A stretch of 64,000 nucleotides of DNA from Curvularia clavata (taxonomy: Eukaryota), in contig CP089277.1 of the NCBI GenBank assembly GCA_023920165.1, positions 4,092,001 to 4,156,000 on the forward strand, written 5' to 3'. Below the pieces are notes generated by a model. It saw only the letters and a program-made list of their open reading frames with translations. It was not told the DNA's origin and made no database searches. The position numbers were made by a program, and so were the translations under genes. This document shows positions 1 to 13,876 of the stretch, one piece after another. Positions within the stretch are counted from its first letter, which is position 1. Every line of letters begins with the position of its first letter.

Positions 1-372
1 AGGTATAACAGAGCGGACATGCTTTTCATGAAGGCCCTTGTCTAGACCAAAGGCCTCATGGCGGTGTTTTCAGGTCATGACCACAACATCGATTGGTGCA
101 TGAAGTGGGCTAAAAATCTTCCCAATATCTATCTGAGCAACGGTAATGGGCTGAAAATATACTTCAATCGACACTCTGGTTACGGCGGATACGCTGATTG
201 GACTCGCGGAGCGCGCCAGATTAGTGTGAGTGAAGATATGTTAGCCAAGAATGTGGTCGAGACCTGGGTTCGTCTGGAAAATGGAAAAGTCTCGGGAAAA
301 GTGACTCTCAACTCCACTTTTGGTACCGATCAGTACCCGGGAGTGGAAAGGTCCAAGTCTTCGGGTCTGTAG
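1..372 (+). CDS. 3' end of DCR2-like calcineurin-type metallophosphoesterase (5' part outside window; in-frame TAG at 43-45, possibly pseudogene)
   Basis: GHDH metal-binding motif, RHSGYGGY and RGAR motifs typical of fungal DCR2-like phosphoesterases. Frame 1 upstream reads RYNRADMLFMKALV*TKGLMAVFSGHDH. Confidence 0.75.
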
Positions 373-1166
373 TCCGAGTCTATGTCTGTAGCGGGCTTGC
401 GCAAATGGTGTACCTGACAGGCCTACAATGAGCTCCAGTGCCGCATTCGAACAGGAAGCAGGTCTTCCTACCATAAGAATGATGGCATCAGCCAACTTCT
501 TAACCACCAGCGCCTCTCAGACTTACAACCACACGCGTTCCTGAAGGATCATATACTTTCTTACACATGGGTATCGGCGATGGATCGTTAAGTGTACACT
601 ATCTTCAGCAGCAATTCAATTGCAATATTTTAGAAGTTACCGGCTGATCCCCTTTGCTTGTCCTTCGCCTGCCAGTAATTGTCACTTTCTTTGAGTGCTG
701 ACCAAGTACAAATTGGCTGCTGTAGTGTTGTCGACATGAATTAGATGCTATGCCTGGGCTCGCACAAAATGAAGCGCTGAATCGTAACACCGATATTAGT
801 AACCATACTGCATGGAATTGTATCAGTTACTAAGAGATGTGGTGGAGGCTGTGTACCCTGCAATTTCATGAACATCAGATTGAGATCGCAGCATGACATC
901 ATACCCTATCAACAGCACTACCCCGATTAGATTTCCGACTGGATCCGCAACATCGGCCGACAGACAATAGCGCGTCTCCAAGCCTTTCAGAATCAGACAA
1001 GCATGGCGCAGGACCCTGCTTGTTTCCTTTTCACGGCCACTGTGCTGCTCATCACGCCCTGAATCCTAGTTCCTGAACCTCAGGCCCCCTGTTTGAACTT
1101 TCCACTGTGCCTATCTATTTCAATGGTGGGCTAGATCTCCACCGAGACTATCTCTCCACATCCACG

Positions 1167-3387
1167 ATGCCTTTTCTCGAGCGCCAGACGACGCGAATCA
1201 CAGGTATCGAGAATGGCGACCGCCGGCAAAGCTTCCTGACCACCTCGTCGAAAGGCAAAGTACCCAACGCGAAGAAGCCTCGGCCCCGACCGCCCGCATC
1301 GCTACGCGACCACCTGCCCTTCCCAAACTCCGCACTATGCCCCTCATCAGGGCCATACTCCATCGGGAGCATGGAAATTGAAGTTCCCGTCGAGACTCCC
1401 CGATCCATATCCAAGATCAAGAGAAACGGCAGACATCTTTTGCAATTGGAGACTGTGTTATTTACACTCTACTACCCAGCCTCGGTGGAGAATGGAGCTG
1501 GGACTGCTCCAGGAGGAGAGAAGAAATGGAGTCGAGAGACATGGCTCCCAAGGCCGAGAGTGGAGACGGCGAAAGGGTACGCAAAGTTTGCAGGGTTGCC
1601 GGACGCTGTAGGCATTGGACTATTTGGTGCCACCACTATGCTCACAAAGCTGCGTGCGTACCGGAATAGTCCTCTCGCGAAACATTGGCCCCCTGAAGGG
1701 AATTCAAAGAAAAATGGATACAAGATTAAAAACCAACAAGGAAAACCACCGGAGGGCATGAGTGGAGAGCCGACCTTTCCTCTACTAATGTTCAGCCACG
1801 GTCTGGGTGGCTCAAGAACTGCCTACAGCAGTTTGTGCTCTGAGTTCGCGAGCTACGGCTTCGTTGTATGTGCTGTGGAACATAGAGATGGCAGTGGACC
1901 TCGTACCTTCATAAACCATAAGAGACGGGGGCAAGAACGGAAAGGCTCGCACAGCGAGAGCGGGCAAGAGCAAACAGCATCTGATGAAGATCAGCAAAGC
2001 AAGATGGACTCTGGAGAATCTCATACCCTAGATCATACCGAGCAGGAACTTGCTCAGGGTTATCATCACGTGGTTTGCACACCTTTGTTTGCTCTTGCAG
2101 TTGGACAAGAGCATTAGTAGTAGACTGACCACTGCAGGATTATATCTTCCCGAAAAATAACCCCAAAGACACTGCGCCAAACAACGAACGAGGGGTCGAC
2201 AGCGAATTGCGCAGCGCGCAAATTGAAATGCGTCTTTGCGAACTTGAGGAGGCATATCGCGTACTCAAGATCATCTGCGCTGGTGACGGCGATCAGATTG
2301 CAGAGCAGAATCTTCGGGGCAAAGGCTATATAGGTGGTTCATCAAGAGGCCTTGATGGAGTCGATTGGTCTCAATGGAAAAATCGTTTCTCTGTAGACAA
2401 GATGACGATGGCTGGTCATAGTTTCGGGGCAGCGACTGTAGTCGAAGTCCTCAGGCACACAAACAGATTCACAAATGTGCAGGCCGGAATTATCTATGAT
2501 ATCTGGGGGTACGTCACCTCTAAGCTCGAGGACCAAACACAATGCTAATGCGATATAGCGCTCCTATAAAGCCGCCGTCAGACGACCCTAAACACCGAAT
2601 ACACCTGCCTTTGCTTGGAATTGCTTCAGAAGCCTTTATGTACTGGGAGAAGAACTGGAACGCATCCATGTCTCTCATGGAAGAAGCAAGTGGGCATGGC
2701 GCGCCAGCATATTTGCTAACCGTCAGAGGCTCCGTACATATCAACCAGAGCGACTTCTCAATTTTGTATAGCCATATAACGTCTTTTTTCATGAAGGCCA
2801 CGGTCAATCCTCAAAGAGCTATTGACCTTAATGTCGGAACAAGTCTGGAATTTCTACGACTCGTGGCGCCCGATAGTGGAGGGGGAAAATCAATCATCAG
2901 CCACTGCATGACTGACGAGCATATTCTCGAAATGCCATTAACAGAAGAGACACCAGACGAACACCGCCCTGATGATGAATGGATAGCTGCTCGTCTACGT
3001 GTGGACAATCAATTCAGGAAACGCCTAGCTTCCGGCGTTCAAAGGAAGTTCAAGCGTAATCTCCATGCAGAGTACACAACTTCGGATGAGATGTGGTGTT
3101 TCTTCAAACCGACGGACGGAGATTTGCAGAAGTGGATCGATAAGGAAGAGAGAGGCGAAAAACGCATTAATGAAGACCATGCCACCTCACCCAATAGAGA
3201 GCCACAGAAAGGCATTAGTCCAAAAGGGCATGAGCCTAACATAGGCGCATCGCTGAGTGATGCCGAGAAGGATGGCAGGCCCTTACGAAATGAAGAGCAT
3301 CGCGGCAGCTCTAAAGATAATTCCAGCCCACAGAGACGACGCAGCTGTTCTCCACAGTCTGTACACAACAAGTACTACAATGACTAG
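1167..3387 (+). CDS. Platelet-activating factor acetylhydrolase (isoform II)-family alpha/beta hydrolase
   Basis: FSHGLGG, ASYGFVV..VEHRDGS, nucleophile elbow GHSFG, GSVHINQSDF. Introns 2073-2137 and 2509-2558 join three ORF-track segments in frame. Confidence 0.9.
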
Positions 3388-4670
3388 CAGGCTAGTCGTG
3401 GGGACAGCCGGGTTAGTAACAGCGAAGCTACTGCAGGACCAGGGTGGAAGCACCCAGCGATACCATAATCAGCGGGACCCTTCCCTTCAAACCTAGGCTG
3501 TGGCGGTCATTGGTGTAGCAAGTATTTCAGTTGTGACTTTTCAGCTCACAAGTTGTTGATTTAGATGTGGATACGTTTGTGGGGCGCACAAGAAACTGAG
3601 TCTTGTTGGACAGGCTTGAGTGTAAAAATACATTCGTGGAAGGAATGCCGTGTCAACCATCGAAACCCTTGTATGACTGCTGGCAGTTTAAGGAAAGAAC
3701 ATAATCGACTACTTACTCATGCAACTTCTCACCTTAGCTGGGATAAGGCTGCGATCATCATGCCACAGCAAGGCTGAAAGTGCCGCCACATTAGGCTTCA
3801 AGCGGGGAGTGGGACAATTACTGGGGGATGAATCGCTGTTGCTTAGCTATGGCTTCTAAATATGGGACAGAGATGGCATTATTAAAATACTTGCCGACCA
3901 TCGGCATTGAGGTCGGCCTCCGTGAACGGGTTTAGTCTCGTCGCGCTATGCCAAGGCGGGGTTACGTACTGTTCAGCAATCACATTTGCATTCTCGATCA
4001 ATCAAACATGTCCACCACGATTCGCATGGACCAGCCTTGCTAGAATAACACCCTTCATCTGAACTCCTCGTAGTCAGCAACGTGTAAGCACATCTTGAGT
4101 GCATCGCTTCACTAGCCAGAACAGGGGACGACGCCACGGCCCCCCTTCTCCCCCCTTAGCGAAAAACACCGCTTCGTATATGCAATCGGCGAGTGCATCC
4201 GGGGCGGACCCTCAGCGGCAGCTTGGTAAGCTTGCAGAAAACAACACATTAGGACAGTGAAGCAATGGGCCGTTGGCTGGTCTTGAATCTTATGTACTGA
4301 TCTGGCGGCATTCGGGATGGTTTTTGCTTTTGGACGCATCCTGGCTGACTGACTGGCGCCACTCACGAACTCTAGGGGCAAAGGATCCTGACAAGCGAAC
4401 ATTTGCTTTATCTACCACAACGTCTCCTGTCCTTGCGGTCACTCTGCATCAAGTTGCGATTACTTTTCAGAAATTATCTGCACACCCACAAACCGGTTCT
4501 TTGTTCATCACGTGTTGGACCCTGGGGCGTGATCACTTATCCGGGCTATCCGCCAGACCCGCTTTCGTATCGACATTCCGCCTGTGCAATTGGCCAACGC
4601 GATCCTACCATAGCCATACCTTTGAAGCACCGTTCAGTTCGCAGTCCTAGGAGAAGAAGAGTAGCATATC

Positions 4671-7043
4671 ATGACAAGCTCCGAGTCAGAAGCCCATGCG
4701 CAAAGGTCGCGGAAACGGTCACGCAAGAGCAACGGCGATGAGGATGGGGCTGCCGGGGCTGCTGGGGGGAAGAAGACAAGGGGACGACCCCGAGTGGATA
4801 CCCAAGATGCCACAGCAGCGGATGTGAGTGGTCACTGCTCCCTTAACCTACAATTCATCTGAACTATATGCAATGAGGATTGGTTCATGAGTCTGTTGGT
4901 GCTTGTAGCTGAAGGTATCGAGTGGTTGGCGGGGCGTTTTGCGTCTCTGTCTTGCAAAATCAAGCCCCATTCGGCTGACTATAGCCCACCTCAAGACGTC
5001 AGCAGCTCCCGACCCGAGGCTTTCTTGTTGCGAACGATTGCTTTTCAGATCAATTTGTTATTTAAGTCCGTACTGACAACAATGCTAGCGGCGGAGAACA
5101 CAAATTCGACTCGCACAACGTGCATACCGCCAGCGGAAAGAGACTACCATTGTCTCGTTAAAAAAGCAAAGCACGCAGCTCCATTCTATCATTGAGCAGA
5201 TGGACAAGACTTTTAATCAGTTAGCTGAATCGACGCTGAAATCGGGCCTGTTGCAGCTGAACCCCAACCTAGCCCAAGAATTCAGACTTGCTAAAGACAC
5301 TTTTTCGACTTTGGCCAAGGCAGCGAGTGAGGCTCAAAGCCTGGTAGACGAGGAGGGCGAACACAGTGGCGAAGGAAGCGCCCCGCAGAAACCGTCTGAG
5401 CGTGAACCTGAGCCAGTTCTCGAACAGATCGGATGGGGATATTCTACTGTGTCACGATTGCCAAGCAAGGTATGTTGGACTTATCAGTTTTTGGGTCGTA
5501 TCGGTCCTTGAATCTTTAAGAGGTTGTCTTCGTGACTTGGCTCATTTTGGTGATCAGGGTCAGTCGCAACAGGATCTTCCTATGCCCGATGGGTACTCTT
5601 CACGCCTGGGTACAACCCGTGACTCGTCAGCTCCCAGCATTACCAGTCGCTGCCAGTATACTTTTGGAGAGCAAATCGATCAACACCATGGCGTCTTGCA
5701 ATTCATATCCGACACGTCAACTCCTCATACGTCCCCGCAGCAAGAACTTCCCTTTGGTCTGGTTGCTCTCCAGGGTCAAGAACAAACACCTTACGAAGCA
5801 TCAGACCCATACATCTATGCAATCAATACGCAAAATCCCAGCGTGGCTCCGTCAGCGAATGGCCTGCCGACACCACCGCTACCGGCACCGAACCTATCAG
5901 TCAAGACGCTTGCTCCTATAAAGACCTACAGTTTTGATGAGGCAACTTTGGGTCGGAGGATAGCGAGAGCAACAGCTGAATTCGCCTTCCAAGTACTCAC
6001 CCAGTTTAACTATCCACTTCCGGTACGTATTCGCTCATATTTTTGCCAGCATATTTATTGTCGTGTCACTTCATGGCGTCTTGCTCCTTGTAATAATTTC
6101 GTGGTTGATTGACGATGTAATATAGCTGATCGACCGCGCTTTCAAGCTCAACTTCCCATACTATAACTACGATCAACTTCGTGAACGGTTCCAGCTCGTT
6201 TTGTCAAAGAACATCCATGAGGACTTGGACTGGATGGAATCACCTTTCGGCCACCTTGGCGGTGCGGGATCCCACTACCCGCGACGAGACTCAACAGGCA
6301 ATGTTGTACCGAAAAAGAACACGCGAACACCAGATTGGATCGGGCCAAGGCAGAAGAAGATGAATGGGCGGGAACATCCAGACGACGGTACAGTTGAGTA
6401 CCTGCATGAAGTAGATGTTCAAGGTTTTGGTGGCGAGTGGTTTGATCCGTATGACGTGCAGGGATATCTTGAGGAGCGGTATGCGTGCAAGATGGATCCC
6501 ATGAGTTCTTTTGCGGAATGTCTGGTTGATATTGAAGGCGACGGCCAAGAAAACCTACGTCCCAATGTCCCGGAACAACTACCAGGAAACGGACTTCTCA
6601 AGCACAATGCTCACAGCCTCGATATGTCCTATGACGACAGCCTAGTGTCTGAGGGTTCTGGCAACTTCACCAAGCTCGTCGATCACGACATTTCGTTCGA
6701 CCAGACTCTGGGGTTAGATCTTGCGCCTGGGTTTGACTACGGTTTTGGGAGCAATGTTGGTTTTGGCACCGAGTTAGGACTAGGTGGCATGGGCGAGACG
6801 ATGGAGGGTTTGCAAGTAACAAAGCAAAGAAAGAAGCGCGTATGGCTGGATGTCCCACGGCTTGTTCAAGGTAAGTTCACATGGATTCTTTTTGGAATTT
6901 GCCTTGCAATTTAGAAAGCAGATCTTTGGCTAACACGTACAACAGAGATTGTTCGAAAGGCCGTTTGTCTTGGGCGTACACCAGGCTTCCGGCGAAAGGA
7001 CATTGACTGGGCGGTACAGGTGGCATTGGTCCAAGAGACATGA
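4671..7043 (+). CDS. bZIP-domain transcription factor (fungal)
   Basis: Splicing intron 4824-5088 gives KKTRGRPRVDTQDATAAD-RRRTQIRLAQRAYRQRKETTI (basic region). Further introns near 5470, 6023 and 6871. Last exon ends AVCLGRTPGFRRKDID...ET* (TGA 7041-7043). Confidence 0.85.
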
Positions 7044-7667
7044 TGATCTATACTGCTACAGGCCAGGGGTTACCACATGAAACATTTTGCAGTATGTTTG
7101 CTTTTTTGGCTGCATTGTTGTCTGCGAGTTGGACGACCACGTTTGACGGCAAGACGGCACAAACAGTAATGCAATAGTCGGGTTACTTGCTTTGACAAAT
7201 GCATCAGTACCAGTGTCAATGTTTAGCTAGACGTGTCTGTCACGACAGTGTAGTCGTGGTGTTGGTGTTACGCTGAGTAATTCATGGCAGAGCAGAAGCT
7301 GAGTCCAGCGGTCACGTGAGACGCTAGAGTAGCTTAGAGCGCTAACGCTCGCGCCCTCAGCGATTGCCGGGGCGCTGTCCACTATCACTCATACACCCCA
7401 CGACCACGAAAGCTGAGGGCACCCGATCACGTCGTACAAAGCCTTCCGTCTGGGCGACCGAAATCCGTAGATCTTCCTTGACTGCGCAGGAGCTTCCTCG
7501 AACGTGCGCACCCATTTGCAGCCTCAAGCGCTGACGTCGCCTGCCTGGATTGCCTGCCTTATCCACCAACCCTTTGCACGCGAGCAACCGTCGCGAGCCT
7601 TTGTCCAGCCTCTGCAAAGCCCAAGTCGTATCCCAGATAGCCGAGACCATACCAAGCAGCCGCCGCC

Positions 7668-9377
7668 ATGTCGAACTCGGTTGTGGTTAGTATTCCCTAG
7701 GTCGCGCAACGCGTGCTTGAGCGCGAGCATACGGTGCAAAGGCCGAGGCAGGCTTGCTAACGGTGACTACCAGGGCGGCGTGTATCAGCAGATCATGGAG
7801 AAAGTGATCCAGGCATCGCAGAACGACTTCGAAGAGTCTGGCGTCGACCACAGCACACTGGAAGAGATGAAGCAGGTACGTAGCGACGCGGCCATTATCT
7901 TGGCTGTCGCGCCTTTCCTTCCTCATCGCAGCGGTGCGCATTTCCCCCCACCCACGCAGTCTATTGTTTTTTTCCCCGGTCTACTTGGTCCATGTTAGCT
8001 TGCGTCGTTTCTCGCTCGCTGCGACAATGGGGCGATGACTGCCTGGCTTGGGGGTGAAGGGCGGCTGAAAGCGGGGCTGAGTTGCCGGTCGGTCTTGCAA
8101 GCTCGGGGGCGACTCAGTATTTGGGTCGCCTTCTTATAGCCCCTGCACAGCTCCCCCACCCGCCAAGCCCCGTACATCCTTGCCCAAACCAGAATAGCCC
8201 GTCATGTGACGGCTCTTTGCTCGTTCTGCTTCTTACACCATAGATGCACAGCAAGCACCAACTAACCATGTTTAGGGCTGGCAAGAGAGGCTGTCGGCGC
8301 TCAAGATTGCTCACCTGCCTTGGGACCCTGCACCGGAACCCGTCCGCCAACCCCCTACGGTACCATCCAATGTGAAGGTCGATAATGACATGCCACCAGC
8401 ATCTGGGCCCCAAGAGGGACTCAGCTATGCCAATGTCCCTGTCAAGACAGAAGGAGGTTACCAGCAGCCGATGCCCAACTACCCACAGGCTCAGACTGCC
8501 AACAATGGTTACAGCGGTGGTTACGATCAGAACTCGCATTTGGCACAGCAGCGGGCAGCTGCTCTAGTCCAACAACGTGTGCAACAGCAGGGTAACGCGC
8601 ACCAGCAGAGCTATCCTAATATGCCCCAACAGGGCCATTTGCCCCAGATGCCTATGCAAGGTCAGCAGCAGCGCATGATGGCTCCGCAGCAACAACAGCA
8701 TCAGCAGCGTCCGCAGCAGCCTCAGCAACAGCAAATGCCGCCGCAGCAGATGCCACAGCAGATGCAACAGCAACAGATGCAACAGCAACGCCCTCCTCAC
8801 CAGAACCAAATGTACACCTCGCAGACGGATGGTCCCGATGATGCTTTGGCGGATTGGGAAGCTTTCAAGGCTGCGCGTGCTGCCTCCGCTGTAGAACGAA
8901 TGGCTGCCGATGACTTTATGCGTGCCCGCGTCGATGCCATGGCGATGCGCCAAGACAGCGGACTCATGGTACCTCTCGACTCCATGCCCAACGGCAAGAA
9001 GCGAAAGGCTGCTGTTCGTGTCTTGCAAGCCCAAGATGCTGCGGTTTCCACGCATGTCCCTGCGCCCGCTCGTTTTGACGGTGACGATGACACCAAGCCG
9101 GAGGAGGATCCAGACGATGCTATCAATTCCGATCTCGATGATTCTGAGGACGAATTGAATGATGGTGATAACAGCGACGACGATATGGTGGACTACATGC
9201 TGTGCACCTACGACAAAGTCCAGCGGGTTAAGAACAAGTGGAAGTGCACGCTTAAGGACGGCATTCTTACCACGAACAAGAAGGAGTAAGTCCAGCATCG
9301 TGCACTCACTGATTACCTGCGTGCTTACAGTTTGCAGGTATCTCTTTCACAAGGCAAATGGTGAATTCGAATGGTAG
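7668..9377 (+). CDS. TOA1: General transcription factor TFIIA large (alpha/beta) subunit
   Basis: N-term MSNSVV-GGVYQQIMEKVI..DFEESGVD..LEEMKQ-GWQERLS, Gln-rich linker, C-term DAINSDLDD..MLCTYDKVQRVKNKWKCTLKDG..YLFHKANGEFEW. Introns 7686-7773, 7877-8275, ~9286-9338. Confidence 0.95.
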
Positions 9378-10306
9378 ATTTACCCGGCAAGCCACACTAA
9401 TGCCCGTGGTAGCTGAACTCGAGTTCTAAGTCGTTTCCGTCCAACGCACGAAACGGCCCACGACATCGCGAGTCTGGCATATAGACAACACGACTGTACA
9501 CTAACAACAAGATATGAATCACTGTGGTTTTTGACCATGATGTTGGTTGCGTCTTCGGCACGGATCCTCCAGTAGCCAACCGCCAAAAGAAGACTCTCAG
9601 ATTGGATACCATTATCGCCTAGCGGGTTTGGTTTGCAACCACATATCCTCACATATCCCCACGAAGAATTCTTAAAAAGTAAGAAAACAATAATTCCCAC
9701 TGATTTATGCCTGGTTTTCAGATGGCTCCCAAATTGGCAATTTTTCTCTTTACTGCACACAATCGATGACTACAAAGAGATGGGACAAGATGAAGACAAG
9801 GATCTGGCTGGCTTTCGTAGTTGCACAGTACAGGCGTCATCGGTTCCCCTTTTTTCACTCGGGTTTCTTTTTTTTTCTCCCTTGGCTTGTAGGATACCTA
9901 TCCCACACGAAAGTTTTACGGATGGAGTTTTACATGTTTGGTGCTGTTCTCAATCAACTGCTGATTCCCTTTTATTTCTTCATCCAAGCAAGAGAAATAG
10001 CGGGAGCAGGAAAGCAATCGGCCGGTATCTTCTGGGCCCCGTTAATTTCTTGACTTCACGGCTATACTTGGGCAGAGAGGGGAGTTGAGATATCAATGAA
10101 AGGTCATGCGTCATGGTTATCTGTGTTTTTCTCTGGACCCAAATCGCTCGTCGTCGTCACAACATGGAGCTCCTCAATTGCATTATCAAACAGACACGAA
10201 GAGCAAACCATAGAGAAATTCATAACCAGGCGTGTATTCTAAAGGGAGTTATATGCAGTGATTGTCCATTGCGTGATGCCATGTCCCCTATTTCGCTTAC
10301 TTTTCT

Positions 10307-11477
10307 TCACTCGCTTTCGTCACCCACAGATGCATTGTGCATTATCGTCTCGTCAATATGTCCCGCCTCAACCTCGTCGTCGTCGTCTTCATCAACAAGC
10401 GGCACGAACCTGAAATCTACAAAACCATTTTTGCCACTTGCTGGTGCTCCTCCAGCACCCAGACCAGCACCAGGACCCTCGACCTCAATCATAAACTGCA
10501 GACTCAACACGCCCTGGATATCTGCTCGAATGCTCACTTTGGTAGCCACGCTCATTGCACGTGCCGCTTTCTGTATCAAGCTGAACTTGTAGCTTGAGCG
10601 AAAGATGGTATCTGGGTCACTGAGCTGGAACCGCTCGAGAAGGTTTGCTTGCGATTGTTGATTTGCCGCGTCGGTGCTCGGGTTGACATTTGTGGATGCT
10701 GGCGTGCGATAGGCAGAGGGCTGGGGCTGATTGTTGAATTCAACGCGCGCGGAGCCGAGGGTACCGGATGAGGAGAGGGCGAAGAAGGGTTCTCCGCGGA
10801 CGGTTTTGGCGTACATGGTTAGCTTTTCTGGGCTTGTGGAGGAGAGCTCCTGGATGGCGTCGTAGAGCCAGCTGCCTCGCATGATGACTTTGAGGACAAG
10901 GGCGTCGCGATCAAAGGGGATTTCGTCGCCGCATTCGGGCTTATAGGTTGTCAGGTCGCATTGAGTACGTATGCTCATTTCCATCAGTGTCACTGCTAGG
11001 GGAAACCCCGGGCCCTGATAGCTAATGCGACACAAGTTGTTCATGCCACCCATAATATTGTTGCCTGTAAAGGCAGTGCTAGTGGGGTAGGGCGCGTCGC
11101 GGGCCCACGGTGGTTTGGACGCAGCGGGATCGGTAAGGCCAAATATTTGGAGTGTTTCGAGGAGAGCAGGCAGGGATATTTGAAAAGCCGATTCAGTCGT
11201 AGATGCATCGTCGTGGTCGTCGAAGGTGTAGGTGGTAAAGAGGGACTTGTCCAGGAAGGCGGATGCTGTCGCGGGGTTAGTCTGGGAGAGGTGCAAACAA
11301 CTGTCAGCAGATCTGCCTACCCTCCATGACACTTGCTTCATCCACTGCGAGCTTGAGGCCTATGTCGCTAATCTGGACGTGCGCTTTGTTGGAGAAGGCG
11401 ATGCAGCGCAGCAGTTGGTACAGCTGGCGCGCCGAACTCGACACAGCCGTGAGAACGGGAGTCTCTTGGTCATCCAT
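10307..11477 (-). CDS. RAD1: 9-1-1 checkpoint clamp subunit, Rad1/Rec1/Rad17 family
   Basis: MDDQETPVLTAVSSSARQLYQLLRCIAF..VMEASAFLDKSLF (intron 11266-11320), FQISLPALLETLQIFG, KVSIRADIQGVLSLQFM, FVDFRFVP. Confidence 0.9.
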
Positions 11478-11653
11478 TTCGCCGTAGCGTGGCAGTCTCT
11501 AGGAGCTGTGGTTACAAGGGGCGGTAGACGTTATGCGAGGTATGGTAGTGTATGACGCAGGCAATTCGCACGTCTTGAACTTTTTATTGGTATTCCATAG
11601 ATTGTACACAGACAAGAGGCCCTTCCCAACGCCGGACGGATAAGACAAAGAAA

Positions 11654-12062
11654 CTAGACGTAAACGCCGACTGCACAAATCATGTAAACGGCACCGAAGC
11701 TGCTCGCGGTCAGTATGGGAGCCGCGTGTGTCCATGTTTGGGGGACACGTACCCAAATGCTAGGGAAGCGGGAACACCAAGGACTGGCAGGTTGACGAGC
11801 GATCGGTCTGTGGGGTCATGCGTGAGCAGTTGTCGATGGGAGAAGGGAGAGTGTGTTGGGCATACTCAAGCCGAAGATGGTGGTCATGACGAGGGCTGCG
11901 CCTTGTTAGCATAGCTCCATGGTGGCAGCAGAAGGGTCCGGAGCAGCACATACACATGGCCAGCAGCACAAAGCCGACAGTGAACTGGGTGTCCTTTCCG
12001 ACGGTAGGATAAAAGGGCTGGGAAGCAGCAGCCTCCCAGACATCTAAGAGTGGGCTCGACAT
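11654..12062 (-). CDS. OST5: Oligosaccharyltransferase small subunit Ost5/TMEM258 (multi-intron, ~79 aa)
   Basis: Exon 1 MSSPLLDVWEAAASQPFYPTVGKDTQFTVGFVLL; internal exon RSLVNLPVLGVPASLAFG; last exon FGAVYMICAVGVYV* (TAG 11654-11656). Not resolved as one ORF in the track. Confidence 0.85.
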
Positions 12063-12302
12063 GTGTGCGGAGTGTGCAATTGGAAGCTGGATCGGGAGTC
12101 TCTTGTGAAGCTGCTGCCGTGGCCTCTGGACAGCGGGCTTCACTGGCCGCCTCGGGCCGTGATTGGCTGGCGGGCCGGCGCGGTCAATGTCAATGCGGGA
12201 GGCGCGACTTGCCTGACGTTCAGTCAACCACCAGACCGAGGGCAGGCGCGACCAGACACGACTAGGCGCCGCAACCACTACGACGGCGCTCAAGACGGCA
12301 CC

Positions 12303-13876
<1,574 letters not shown>

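Noticed and set aside
8564..9298. 244-aa Leu-rich antisense ORF over TOA1
   Set aside because: Reverse complement of the CAG/CAA Gln-rich linker.
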